Assembly (NCBI GenBank): GCA_037139695.1
Contig: JBAXFX010000001.1
Location: forward strand, 1 to 54,449
Direction of reading: 5' to 3'
DNA length: 54,449 nucleotides
DNA from: Candidatus Moraniibacteriota bacterium
GTDB taxonomy: Bacteria > Patescibacteriota > Minisyncoccia > Moranbacterales > UBA1568
A program made the translations under genes and the position numbers. How positions within the stretch are numbered: position 1 is the first letter of the stretch; the number at the start of each line of letters is the position of its first letter. The notes under the pieces are model-generated. The model had not been told where the DNA came from and searched no databases. It saw nothing but the letters and a program-made list of their open reading frames with translations. Positions 39,793-47,909 of this stretch are shown here, piece after piece.

Positions 39793-39886
39793 AACTTCAA
39801 CCCACAACCGACAACTCACCACCCACAACCGAAACGGACCGATTCGTTCCGCATGTTGTCAGTCGTCAGTCGTAAGTTGAATGTTA
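39793..39886. repeat. Imperfect inverted pair of heptamer-periodic tracts between mraZ and rsmH
   Basis: The left 'caacccacaaccgacaactcaccacccacaacc' is roughly the reverse complement of the right 'gttgtcagtcgtcagtcgtaagttgaatg', around a small central hairpin. The reverse complement of the left tract shares 'gtgagttgt.ggttg' with the lepA insertion. Confidence 0.45.
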
Positions 39887-40321
39887 TTAGTAGATTCCCA
39901 ACTTCCCCAATTCTTCCGCAACTTCACTCGCATTTTTCTCCGCCTCCGACTTGTACGACTTCCACGAATCTTCGTCCCAAAGCTCCAGCCGATTGAAAAG
40001 TCCGACGACAATCACGTTCTTCCCGAGTCCGGCATACTCCTTGAGATAATCCGGGATAAGCACGCGACCTTGACCATCGAGCTCCACATCCGTCGCGCCC
40101 GCGAGCTGCAACCGGACAAAACTCCGCTTCCCGGCTTCACCGACCGGCATCGCACCAAGCTTTCCCGCAAGCTCTTCCCACACTTTCATCGGATACACGA
40201 AGAGCGAACGGTCCAGACCGCGGGTGACGACTACCCGGTTGCCGAGCTCCCCACGGAACTTCGACGGCAGCGCCAGGCGCCGCTTCGGGTCAATGCTGTG
40301 CGAGTATTCTCCGATGAACAT
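39887..40321 (-). CDS. mraZ: Transcriptional regulator MraZ
   Basis: 'MFIGEYSHSIDPKRRLALPSKFR' plus a second SpoVT/AbrB-like repeat 'VELDGQGRVLIP'. The ATG at 40321 matches the canonical MraZ N-terminus; the ORF track extends to a GTG at 40342. Confidence 0.9.
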   Translation of the reverse strand: MFIGEYSHSIDPKRRLALPSKFRGELGNRVVVTRGLDRSLFVYPMKVWEELAGKLGAMPVGEAGKRSFVRLQLAGATDVELDGQGRVLIPDYLKEYAGLGKNVIVVGLFNRLELWDEDSWKSYKSEAEKNASEVAEELGKLGIY

Positions 40322-40361
40322 AAATTCACCACTCTTCCCCACTTATTGGTACTTCAGTGCC

Positions 40362-40391
40362 ATTTTACTCCACTCCTCCATACCATGTCAA
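40362..40391 (-). promoter_or_regulatory. Candidate sigma70-type promoter of the dcw (mraZ) operon, overlapped by AGTG boxes
   Basis: On the minus strand: TTGACA (40391..40386), an 18-nt spacer, then TAAAAT (40367..40362), about 40 nt upstream of the mraZ ATG. 'AGTG' boxes at 10- and 21-nt spacing flank and overlap it (possible MraZ operator). Confidence 0.5.
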
Positions 40392-40689
40392 CACTCCGGT
40401 GCACTTTCATAAAAATACCTTGTATAAAACAAAAAACGGCTTATAAAAGCCGCCCTCACGAACCGGGATATCCATCGTTCCTCAAATATCGGATTTCCTA
40501 TCCTGTTCACTCCCAAGCAATCGGGAATCCAAACATGATGAGATGTTCGCTGGCACCCGATGTCGGCTCAGTCGACTACTCCTGAAAGTTCAAGAAAGAA
40601 TCGGGAACCTTATGGGATATCGCAACCTGTTCATGATCTATGCCTTACGCCTCACAAGAATCGATGTGCTTTTCAAAAATTGACCATAC

Positions 40690-40725
40690 CAGAAAAATAG
40701 CCTCCCGGAATCCATGGGAGGCTAT
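40690..40725 (-). terminator. Rho-independent terminator downstream of ORF 40747..42135
   Basis: 10-bp stem atagcctccc/gggaggctat (40697..40725), followed on the minus strand by 'ttttt'. Confidence 0.7.
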
Positions 40726-40746
40726 GACTTTTCTTACGGAAAACGG

Positions 40747-42018
40747 TCAGTCATGATATCGGCTTACTTGATCCGCAATCGTTTCAGTGAATCCCGCGCC
40801 GCCGCGACGGATTGTCAGAATGCCGAAAGCTCCGGCTGGAGCGATCGGATATTGGGAAAGCGACATGCGATGGGACAATAATGCGATATCATCATTCAGG
40901 ACCAATGCATAATCCGCTTCGGTCTTCCGTATACCGTGAGACAGGATTTCCATCCGTGTCTCGAAAGGGATTCTCCTCGACGGGACCAACAGATGCAGGC
41001 AATATCCCTCACGGTGCGGACTCATCCAATCCTGATCACTCCACACATATCCGAGATCAAGCTCCGTCGCCCATTCGGTCGTGACGCGTTTCATCCGTAC
41101 GTACTGCTCGAGCGGATTCGAAAACGCGAATGCGGTTTCTCTTCTCGATTCGGCGAGCATCTTCAGATTGACGACATACGCTATGCTGGCATATTCCCCG
41201 GGAATGACGGAATCGTAATAGACGTTCCAGGACCGTCCGCCGATTTGGGAATGATGGCGATGCCGTATAGGAATATCCTGGTCGACCTCCAGCGTCTGGA
41301 GCAGCCTGCCCATCGTGTTCCCTTTCCTGATCGCGCTCACTTTCTCATATAGCTTTCGGAGAGCGATTACGGCCGGATCAGTCGCGCTGAGACGGAATTC
41401 CGAAATCAGCGAACCGTCCGTCCTCAAACCTGCCAGAATCTCGCTCATCCCCGTCGGTCGCAATTCACCATCCGTTCCCAATCCGATCCCGACAAGCACG
41501 CTGTCGACTGGCAAACGTGAGATGGCATACAGAAGGGCGAAATCGGCCAGAGGAGTCAGTACCGTCGGGTCTTTCCTGCCACGCGCGAAGACATCACCAC
41601 CGACATCGACCGCGACGATCAGGTCATACCCTTCGGTTTCGATCAGCCGTTCCAAATCCAGGATCAATTTCTCTGTTCCAAACCGGATGGAAAGATCGAA
41701 ATATTTTCCGACACCGATACCGACCTCCTTATAAAACTTCGGTGCGGATGCGTCGACAAATCGGATCGGAACGGGCGTAGGCGCATGGATGAACCGCTTC
41801 ATGTCGCCTCGTATCGTATTGATCGCTCTTTCGATCCTCCCTTGGTACGTATGGACCGCCATCGGGCTCAATACGCCGGCGACATCGGTCTCGATTCCGC
41901 TAGAGAGAAGATGCACCGCAACCGAACCGACACTGAACATATCATTCCCGCTACCGATACCTATCGCCAACGCCTTTCGGTACCTCTTTCCGCTTTCCCT
42001 GAACCATTTTTTCAGCAT
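40747..42018 (-). CDS. Hypothetical protein, possibly DUF1152-like
   Basis: The ORF runs to 42135; the likely start is MLKKWF (42018). Motifs 'AIGIGSGNDMFS' and 'VAVDVGGDVFARGRKDPTVLTPLADFALL' resemble what I recall of DUF1152. Low certainty. Confidence 0.5.
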   Translation of the reverse strand: MLKKWFRESGKRYRKALAIGIGSGNDMFSVGSVAVHLLSSGIETDVAGVLSPMAVHTYQGRIERAINTIRGDMKRFIHAPTPVPIRFVDASAPKFYKEVGIGVGKYFDLSIRFGTEKLILDLERLIETEGYDLIVAVDVGGDVFARGRKDPTVLTPLADFALLYAISRLPVDSVLVGIGLGTDGELRPTGMSEILAGLRTDGSLISEFRLSATDPAVIALRKLYEKVSAIRKGNTMGRLLQTLEVDQDIPIRHRHHSQIGGRSWNVYYDSVIPGEYASIAYVVNLKMLAESRRETAFAFSNPLEQYVRMKRVTTEWATELDLGYVWSDQDWMSPHREGYCLHLLVPSRRIPFETRMEILSHGIRKTEADYALVLNDDIALLSHRMSLSQYPIAPAGAFGILTIRRGGAGFTETIADQVSRYHD

Positions 42019-42232
42019 GACACCTCCGCTTGTATTCGTATCGGTTGTTAAAGACCGTGTCTGATTGATATCATATCGACTATTTAATGTCAAACATACA
42101 CTTTTAATCGAAAAAGGACGGACAATGGAAGCCAACCGTTCGAAAGCAGGTTCATCAACCAGATATCGGATCGGATATGACGTCCCCCATCGTATACATG
42201 CGAGGAGTTCCTCTTCGACGATTCAGAAAAAT

Positions 42233-42994
42233 CTACCTTCTTTCGGCAAATATGATCTCGATCGCGGCCAGATGCTCCGGCGTGTTTACATTGAGACCTT
42301 CCAGCGGATCGGGAAGAGGGATAGCACAGATATTTTTCCCCTCCTCCATGGCCATACCGATCAAGTCGGTGATATAGAATTCCTTGGAGGCGTTGTCACT
42401 TCCCAGACGCTCGACGTGTCTCCAAAGCCACGAGGACTCGAAACAATACACGCTCGTGTTCACCTCACGGATGGCGCGTTCAGTCTCGGTCGCGTCCTTA
42501 TATTCGACGATCCGCTCCACGGACCCGTCCGGTTTTCGGATGATGCGACCATAATGAAGCAGGTGCTCGTGGATGCCGGAAAAATCCGGCACGACGACGG
42601 TTCCCAAAGTGATCGTCTCTCCGCGTTTCTCGTGATGGGCAAGTATGGTCCGAATCGTTTCCGAGGAAATGAGTGGCTGATCCCCGGCGATCACGACCAC
42701 ATGCGATATATCCGTCCGGTCGCGAAACAACGGCGCCGCACATGCGACGGCATGCCCTGTTCCGAGCTGTTCCTTCTGTTCGACACAGGTCACCCGCGAA
42801 TCGAAATGCTCCGCGATCTTCTCCCCGTGAAATCCGATGATGATAACCGGCTTCGTTTCCGGCAGGGCCTGTTCGGCGGCTTCGACGATATGCTCGACGA
42901 TCGGTTTCCCGGCAATCGGAATCATCGTTTTCGGAATGTCCGTCATGTTCATCCTCGTCCCCTTTCCGCCTGCCATGATAATAACCTGGTTCAT
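42233..42994 (-). CDS. Sugar-1-phosphate nucleotidyltransferase (GlmU N-terminal domain-like, no acetyltransferase domain)
   Basis: 'VIIMAGGKGTRM...PKTMIPIAGKPIVEHIV' and 'QLGTGHAV'. At 253 aa it has no left-handed beta-helix repeats. Confidence 0.8.
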   Translation of the reverse strand: MNQVIIMAGGKGTRMNMTDIPKTMIPIAGKPIVEHIVEAAEQALPETKPVIIIGFHGEKIAEHFDSRVTCVEQKEQLGTGHAVACAAPLFRDRTDISHVVVIAGDQPLISSETIRTILAHHEKRGETITLGTVVVPDFSGIHEHLLHYGRIIRKPDGSVERIVEYKDATETERAIREVNTSVYCFESSWLWRHVERLGSDNASKEFYITDLIGMAMEEGKNICAIPLPDPLEGLNVNTPEHLAAIEIIFAERR

Positions 42995-43145
42995 AGACTC
43001 TCTGAATAGCCTTCCTGATTATAGTCTTTCACCGATTCAAAAACTCCCATAAAAAAGCCGGTACCCTATTCCCGGCATCCTTCGGCGACTATAGCATATC
43101 TTTCCATCCGTTTCCAGGGCCTGAAAAAAGCTCTCTGACAGAAAA

Positions 43146-44297
43146 TTAATGTACCACGACCGGCGTACCGATATCCGCCCACTCATAGACGTGCCCGGCC
43201 GGACCGACTCCGAGCCGAACACAACCATGTGAGACCGGAACACCGAGATGGTTCGCTCCTTCCTTGTACCCACCGGGCCACTCCGGGAGCTCGTGAATGC
43301 CGAACTTCCCATCCGGAACGAGCGCCATCCAGTACGGCATATAGAGTCCGTACGCCGCCGACCAGGCGCGCGGGGTCTTGTTGCGTATGGCATATTCCCC
43401 CTTTGGCGTTTCCATGCCCGGCTTGCCCGAAGAGACGGGATAGGCATCGAGCGCGACGCCGTTCTCAAAGATCGTCATAATCTGAATCGCCAGGTCGATA
43501 TCGATATACTTCCCCTCCGGCCTGAGCGCATGAGCATATTTCTTCGCCTGTGCGGCACGCAAGGCGATGTCCTTTTCCCACGTGACCGGCCGTTCGGCGA
43601 TCGTCGTGAACGAGGCCTTGCCAAGTTCGTGGTATGCGCTATCCGGTTCGTCGCGCCATTTGACGAAAACCGATAGGGTATAGGAAGTCTCTGACTGGAT
43701 CTTTCCTTTCGGAAGGATGCGAAATTCGGTCTTCTCCGGATTATTCTCGTACGCGACCTCGATCCCGGGCGACACGCGAAAATCGACGTAGAAATCCTTC
43801 ACGGACCGGTCGAACGCGACAACAATCGGATCCTCGATATCGAGCGCGATATCTTTCGTGCCACTGGCGGGCGATGTAGACACGATGGCAGGATATCCGG
43901 AAACCTGAAAGGAGAACGCGGATGCCGGAACGGTCTTCATCGCTCCGATCTTCACTTCCCCGATCAAAACACGATACTGCCCACCCGGAGTCCATCGTCC
44001 GACGGGTATGACCGAAACGCTGGTCTGATTACTATTCCACACGGTCCGAAACGGCACATCCGGCGAGACCGATATTTTCCCGTCGAGGCTACCGGGATCG
44101 ACCGGCTCCGAGAAACCGATCATGAACGCGTCGGACGGGTTCATTGGTCCGTTATCGATCGAGGACGCATGAACCGTGCCGAACAACCGCCTCGTGTCGA
44201 TCAGCTGTCTCGTTCCGAAGACGAGAAAATACGCCGGGATAAGCCCGGCCAGCACTGCCACAAAAAAGGAGAGGGTCTTGAAAGTCGTGTGCGACAT
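43146..44297 (-). CDS. L,D-transpeptidase (YkuD domain) with an N-terminal TM anchor and Ig-like region
   Basis: The C-terminal catalytic motif 'LGVPVSHGCVRLG' (HxCxR-type YkuD active site) and N-terminal hydrophobic 'LSFFVAVLAGLIPAYFLVF'. Confidence 0.85.
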   Translation of the reverse strand: MSHTTFKTLSFFVAVLAGLIPAYFLVFGTRQLIDTRRLFGTVHASSIDNGPMNPSDAFMIGFSEPVDPGSLDGKISVSPDVPFRTVWNSNQTSVSVIPVGRWTPGGQYRVLIGEVKIGAMKTVPASAFSFQVSGYPAIVSTSPASGTKDIALDIEDPIVVAFDRSVKDFYVDFRVSPGIEVAYENNPEKTEFRILPKGKIQSETSYTLSVFVKWRDEPDSAYHELGKASFTTIAERPVTWEKDIALRAAQAKKYAHALRPEGKYIDIDLAIQIMTIFENGVALDAYPVSSGKPGMETPKGEYAIRNKTPRAWSAAYGLYMPYWMALVPDGKFGIHELPEWPGGYKEGANHLGVPVSHGCVRLGVGPAGHVYEWADIGTPVVVH

Positions 44298-44424
44298 GAC
44301 GGGGTCGTATCAGAAAATGACAGCCGGCTCGAACTGGCCGGTCATGGGCAAGGTTATCATACAGGCATGAATGACCCAGATTTCCGCATCTTTCAGGCCC
44401 GCTTCCAACATCGGCTGTTCCATA

Positions 44425-44727
44425 TCAGGACTCCTCCAAAATAATCCGCCCTCCGAACCCACCACACTCCTCGCGTTTTTTCGACTGTATAGCCTCGACC
44501 TCTTCCCGGGAAAATCCCTCATACGAGACGATCGCGTCGATGACCTCGAGTACGTCGGCCACCTCGCCGATATTTCGGTCCCGAATCAGCTCCTCCGTTT
44601 CTTCCCGGAGTTTTTCATAGAGCTTCGTCACATATTCCCCGTCGTTGCCGATATGAAACGCACACGCCTCCCCCTTCGCACCGATGATTTCCGGAATCCG
44701 GTCACGGACCAGCTTGTCGCATATCAT
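44425..44727 (-). CDS. MazG-like / phosphoribosyl-ATP pyrophosphohydrolase-like all-alpha NTP pyrophosphatase
   Basis: 'CDKLVRDRIPEII...KLREETEELI...EVADVLEVIDAI' fits the family pattern. The start is set at MICDKL; the ORF extends to 44769. Confidence 0.65.
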   Translation of the reverse strand: MICDKLVRDRIPEIIGAKGEACAFHIGNDGEYVTKLYEKLREETEELIRDRNIGEVADVLEVIDAIVSYEGFSREEVEAIQSKKREECGGFGGRIILEES

Positions 44728-44786
44728 AACGATGATTTCAGATGATACGATCAGTATATCACGACCCAACAGACAAAGAATACCAA

Positions 44787-45896
44787 CTACAGGATCAGCA
44801 TCGAGTCGCCGAAGGAATAGAAGGCGTAACCTTCACGGATCGCCTCCTCATAGAGGGAGACGAGACTACGCTTGGAACCTTTGTCCAAAAGGAACGCGTC
44901 GACGAGCAGCATAAGCGAACTCTTTGGCAAATGGAAGTTTGTGACGAGAATATCCGCAGAATGGAAATGATGCGGTGGGAAGATGAAGATATCGGTCTCG
45001 CCGGAAAACGGATGGAACCGCGTTTCGCACCCCTCAGTCTCAAAGTCTCGACAGCTCCCCTTTCCAAGGGGAGCAGGAAACGAAACGACCGACTCGAGCG
45101 TCCGGAGCGCGGTCGTGCCGACGGCGACGACGGGGCAACCTTCGGCTTTCGCACGGTTCAAGGCAACTGCAGCCCCTTTGGATACGGTAATGCGTTCGCG
45201 ATGCAGTGTTTTTTTCTTAAAATGCTCCTCACGAAGCGGTGCAAACGTACCCAGTCCCACGTCGAGTCCGATCTTCACGGTTTCGATTCCTTTCCCAGCA
45301 AACGATGTGCATACCGCATCCGTAAAATGAAGCGAGGCCGTCGGGGCCGCGACCGACGCGCCAGATCGAGCAAAGACGGTTTGATACCGCCGTCTGAGTT
45401 CCACTTCATCTCGTTTCGCATCCTTGTCTTCTAGATAGTGTGGGATCGGCGTTTCGCCATACGTATCGAGCAACGCGTCCAAAGATCGATCCGCATGCAA
45501 CCGAACATAAAACCGATTCTCGTCCTGCAAAACAACTTCAAAAAAACTCCCATCAGGAAAGGATAGTTTCATTCCCGGAATGCATTTCCGGTCGACTAAA
45601 ACGGGGATATTTCCCGTCGCATCAACCATCTCGTTCGCGAGCACGAAAACTTCGATCTTCCCGCCAGTCTCCTTGGTTAACATAAGTCTGGCCGGCACGA
45701 CCCAGGTCTCGTTCAAAACGACCGTCGCCCCAACAGGAAGATACTTCGCCAGATTCGCGAACGTATCGTGAATCACCGTATCACTCGCGGTATCATACAC
45801 AAAGAGCCGAGCCGAATCACGCGGTTCAACGCCCTGTTTCCGTATCAGCTCCGGAGGGAGGTGATAGTCGTATATTCCCAGATCCTCGTATTCCAT
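44787..45896 (-). CDS. queA: S-adenosylmethionine:tRNA ribosyltransferase-isomerase QueA, carrying an in-frame repeat-derived insertion
   Basis: 'YDYHLPPELI', 'VGTTALRTLES', 'LVTNFHLPKSSLMLLV' and 'FYSFGDSMLI'. The start is set at MEYEDL (45896); the ORF extends to 45998. Confidence 0.9.
   Translation of the reverse strand: MEYEDLGIYDYHLPPELIRKQGVEPRDSARLFVYDTASDTVIHDTFANLAKYLPVGATVVLNETWVVPARLMLTKETGGKIEVFVLANEMVDATGNIPVLVDRKCIPGMKLSFPDGSFFEVVLQDENRFYVRLHADRSLDALLDTYGETPIPHYLEDKDAKRDEVELRRRYQTVFARSGASVAAPTASLHFTDAVCTSFAGKGIETVKIGLDVGLGTFAPLREEHFKKKTLHRERITVSKGAAVALNRAKAEGCPVVAVGTTALRTLESVVSFPAPLGKGSCRDFETEGCETRFHPFSGETDIFIFPPHHFHSADILVTNFHLPKSSLMLLVDAFLLDKGSKRSLVSLYEEAIREGYAFYSFGDSMLIL
45028..45085. 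repeat. Repeat family 3 module located in frame inside queA
   Basis: About 45/53 nt identical to intergenic 31268..31320, with identical hairpin stem arms gctcccc/ggggagc. It encodes 'FPAPLGKGSCRDFETEGC' in the loop between 'RTLES' and the 'G.TDIFI' region, which is about 16 aa shorter in B. subtilis QueA as I recall it. Confidence 0.8.
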
Positions 45897-46036
45897 ATTC
45901 GATCGATACTGCCCCAGCCCGAACGTTGACAGTCTATGCATTCGCCCACAAGACGTCAATGCGGATGAAATCGACGAAAGATCGGCGCCGGTTGCCAATT
46001 TCCGAATATTCAGCTACCCTGATTCGTAGGCTCCAT

Positions 46037-46112
46037 GCCGATGTAGCTCAGTTGGTAGAGCAACGCACTCGTAACGCGTAGGTCGTCGGTTCAAATCCGA
46101 CCATCGGCTCCA
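46037..46112 (+). tRNA. tRNA-Thr (anticodon CGU)
   Basis: Hand-folded cloverleaf. Acceptor GCCGATG/CATCGGC, D arm GCTC-AGTTGGTA-GAGC, anticodon loop CTCGTAA (CGT), T arm GTCGG-TTCAAAT-CCGAC, and an encoded CCA. There is one A-C mismatch at the base of the anticodon stem. Confidence 0.9.
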
Positions 46113-46203
46113 TGTCAGAGAGCATAGACCATTGAACAGATGATAGGGGGCCGACAAACGGAGGGCGAAGAAAAATGCAAGAATGAGACCATACAGAAAG
46201 AAA

Positions 46204-46237
46204 ATACCCCGCCCTTCGCGAAAGGCGGGGTATTTTT
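46204..46237. terminator. Bidirectional Rho-independent terminator between tRNA-Thr and the DsbA-like gene
   Basis: Stem ataccccgcc/ggcggggtat, flanked by an A-run on the left and a T-run on the right. Confidence 0.75.
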
Positions 46238-46254
46238 ATACCTCATCGATATAC

Positions 46255-47331
46255 TTATTGCGCCAGCCCGGCATCAATCGCGGCCTTCAGATCGGAATAC
46301 TGGATGGCTCCGGCATAGAACTGATCGTTGACGAAGATGCCCGGAGTTCCGGCGATGCCGAACGAAGCCGCCTCGGCGGCATCGGCCGCCACCTTGTCGG
46401 AATACTTCTTGGCATCGAGGCAGGCATTGAAATCAGCCGCCTTGAGTCCGAGTGTTCTCGCATAGTCTTTGAACTTCTGCGTTCCGGTCGTTGCGCCCCA
46501 CTCGGCTTGCTTCGCAAAGAGCATATCCTCGTACGTCGCGAACTTTCCCTGTTCGTTCGCACATTCACTCGCGAGCGAGGCATTCTCGGCCTGCGCATGG
46601 AACGCGAGCGGGAGTTGCTTGTACACGAACTCGACCTTGTCGCCGTATTCCGTAAGCATCTTCTTCACGGACGGATAGAAGGCCTTGCTGTACGGGCACT
46701 GGAAATCGGAATACTCGACGACCTTGACCTTCGCGTCCGACGGTCCGGTAACGATGGCGCCGTCGCCGATTTCCGGAACGGTGAGATACTTGCCCGGCGC
46801 CAATCCGAGACGTGCGGTATCGAGCACGTAGGATCCGTCCTTCTGGGTGAAGATCTCGGCCGCCGCGTTATAAAAATCAGTGCTTGCGATCTTGTCGGCA
46901 AAGATAAACGCCGGAAGCGTCTTTACGCCGAACTCGAACACGAGCGCCTTTCCCTCATCGGACGATGCCTCGACCGGAGTCGCTTCCATGGTCGGCAGGA
47001 TGCGCCGGAACCAGACGAGCGCCTCGTCCGGCGAACACTTCGTGCACGCGCTGTCGGTAATCACCTTCACCCCGACTTTTGGATCGGTATACGCGACCCA
47101 GGTCTTGCCGGCCGCCTCGAGAATATTGCTCTCACGCACGGCCCGCGGAGAGAATCCCTCGCGCGTCACGAGCTGTGCGATGTCAACGAACAGGCTTCCG
47201 GCGAACAATCCGACGACCAGAATCAGGATCGCGGACAGGTTCTTGATCTTCGTTTCCTTCGCGTCCGTTTCAGGAACAGCCTCTTCCGCCTCGGCAACGC
47301 CTTCTTTCACCTCGATCTCGTTCTCGTTCAT
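46255..47331 (-). CDS. Membrane-anchored DsbA-like thioredoxin-fold protein with a monothiol CxxS site
   Basis: 358 aa. TM segment 'LSAILILVVGLFAGSLFV'. The DsbA-type region 'VVEYSDFQCPYSKAFYP' has Ser where the second Cys is expected, and the C-terminus has 'GIAGTPGIFVND'. Confidence 0.75.
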   Translation of the reverse strand: MNENEIEVKEGVAEAEEAVPETDAKETKIKNLSAILILVVGLFAGSLFVDIAQLVTREGFSPRAVRESNILEAAGKTWVAYTDPKVGVKVITDSACTKCSPDEALVWFRRILPTMEATPVEASSDEGKALVFEFGVKTLPAFIFADKIASTDFYNAAAEIFTQKDGSYVLDTARLGLAPGKYLTVPEIGDGAIVTGPSDAKVKVVEYSDFQCPYSKAFYPSVKKMLTEYGDKVEFVYKQLPLAFHAQAENASLASECANEQGKFATYEDMLFAKQAEWGATTGTQKFKDYARTLGLKAADFNACLDAKKYSDKVAADAAEAASFGIAGTPGIFVNDQFYAGAIQYSDLKAAIDAGLAQ

Positions 47332-47391
47332 AGCATTCCATTCATTACTTATCCCCTCCTCCCTCCGGTGTATTATCCTTCCGCACGACAG

Positions 47392-47832
47392 CTACTGGCA
47401 CGACCCGCCCGAAGGCGTGGCCGCTGGATCCTCCGCTCCCGTCGCGATGGCCGCGTTCTTCTCGGCGACCCTTCGCGCCACCTCGTTCAAATCGTACGTG
47501 GCCCCCTTTCCCTTCAGGGTGTAGTCCTGGTATCCGATCGTGACGGACCCGTTCGCCGCGGTCTTCACGCCGAACCCGAGCACGAGTCCCACCGCGAACA
47601 GCACGAGCAGACGCTCCTTTACGGTCATCCGACCGACGACCGATGCGACATAGGTGCGGGCCGACAGAGCCGAGCGTTTCAGTCGTCCGAGCGCCACCTC
47701 CGCGATAGAGGCCGCTTTCTCCCGGATTTTCGCGATCATTTCTTTCGAGTCTTCAATCATAGCGTCATGGATTACTTGTTTCGGCCCTGTATAATACCAT
47801 GAGCCGAAAACCGCAACAATTGACAATTCCAT
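47392..47832 (-). CDS. Hypothetical small membrane protein
   Basis: ORF with TM segment 'LLVLFAVGLVLGFGV'. The start is uncertain (47832 or 47760). Confidence 0.5.
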   Translation of the reverse strand: MELSIVAVFGSWYYTGPKQVIHDAMIEDSKEMIAKIREKAASIAEVALGRLKRSALSARTYVASVVGRMTVKERLLVLFAVGLVLGFGVKTAANGSVTIGYQDYTLKGKGATYDLNEVARRVAEKNAAIATGAEDPAATPSGGSCQ

Positions 47833-47909
47833 CGAATTCAGCTATAATCGTGTCATCGTTATTTAACCGAGTTATTCGTCTTTCCTCACCATTTTCCACG
47901 GAGGCAATC

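Noticed and set aside
39793-39828. N-terminal extensions of rsmH (MWVVSCRLWVEV), murJ (21569..21631), queA (45897..45998), mraZ (GTG at 40342) and the MazG-like gene (44728..44769).
   Set aside because: Canonical family N-termini begin at the internal Met in each case. The extensions overlap repeat tracts, an upstream stop codon, or approach the tRNA gene.
40520-40612. Short 'aatcgggaa' / 'ttcaagaaag' matches to repeat family 1 in the mraZ upstream spacer, and a 13-nt match 'accgagtcttcga' between 9042 and 49608.
   Set aside because: Matches of 10-13 nt are expected by chance many times in a 54-kb window on both strands, and there is no extended alignment around them.
46037-46112. tRNA-Thr as the attachment site of an integrated element covering the downstream orphan genes.
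   Set aside because: No integrase or recombinase is present and I found no direct repeat of the tRNA 3' end. The genes immediately downstream (DsbA-like, engB) look native in composition.
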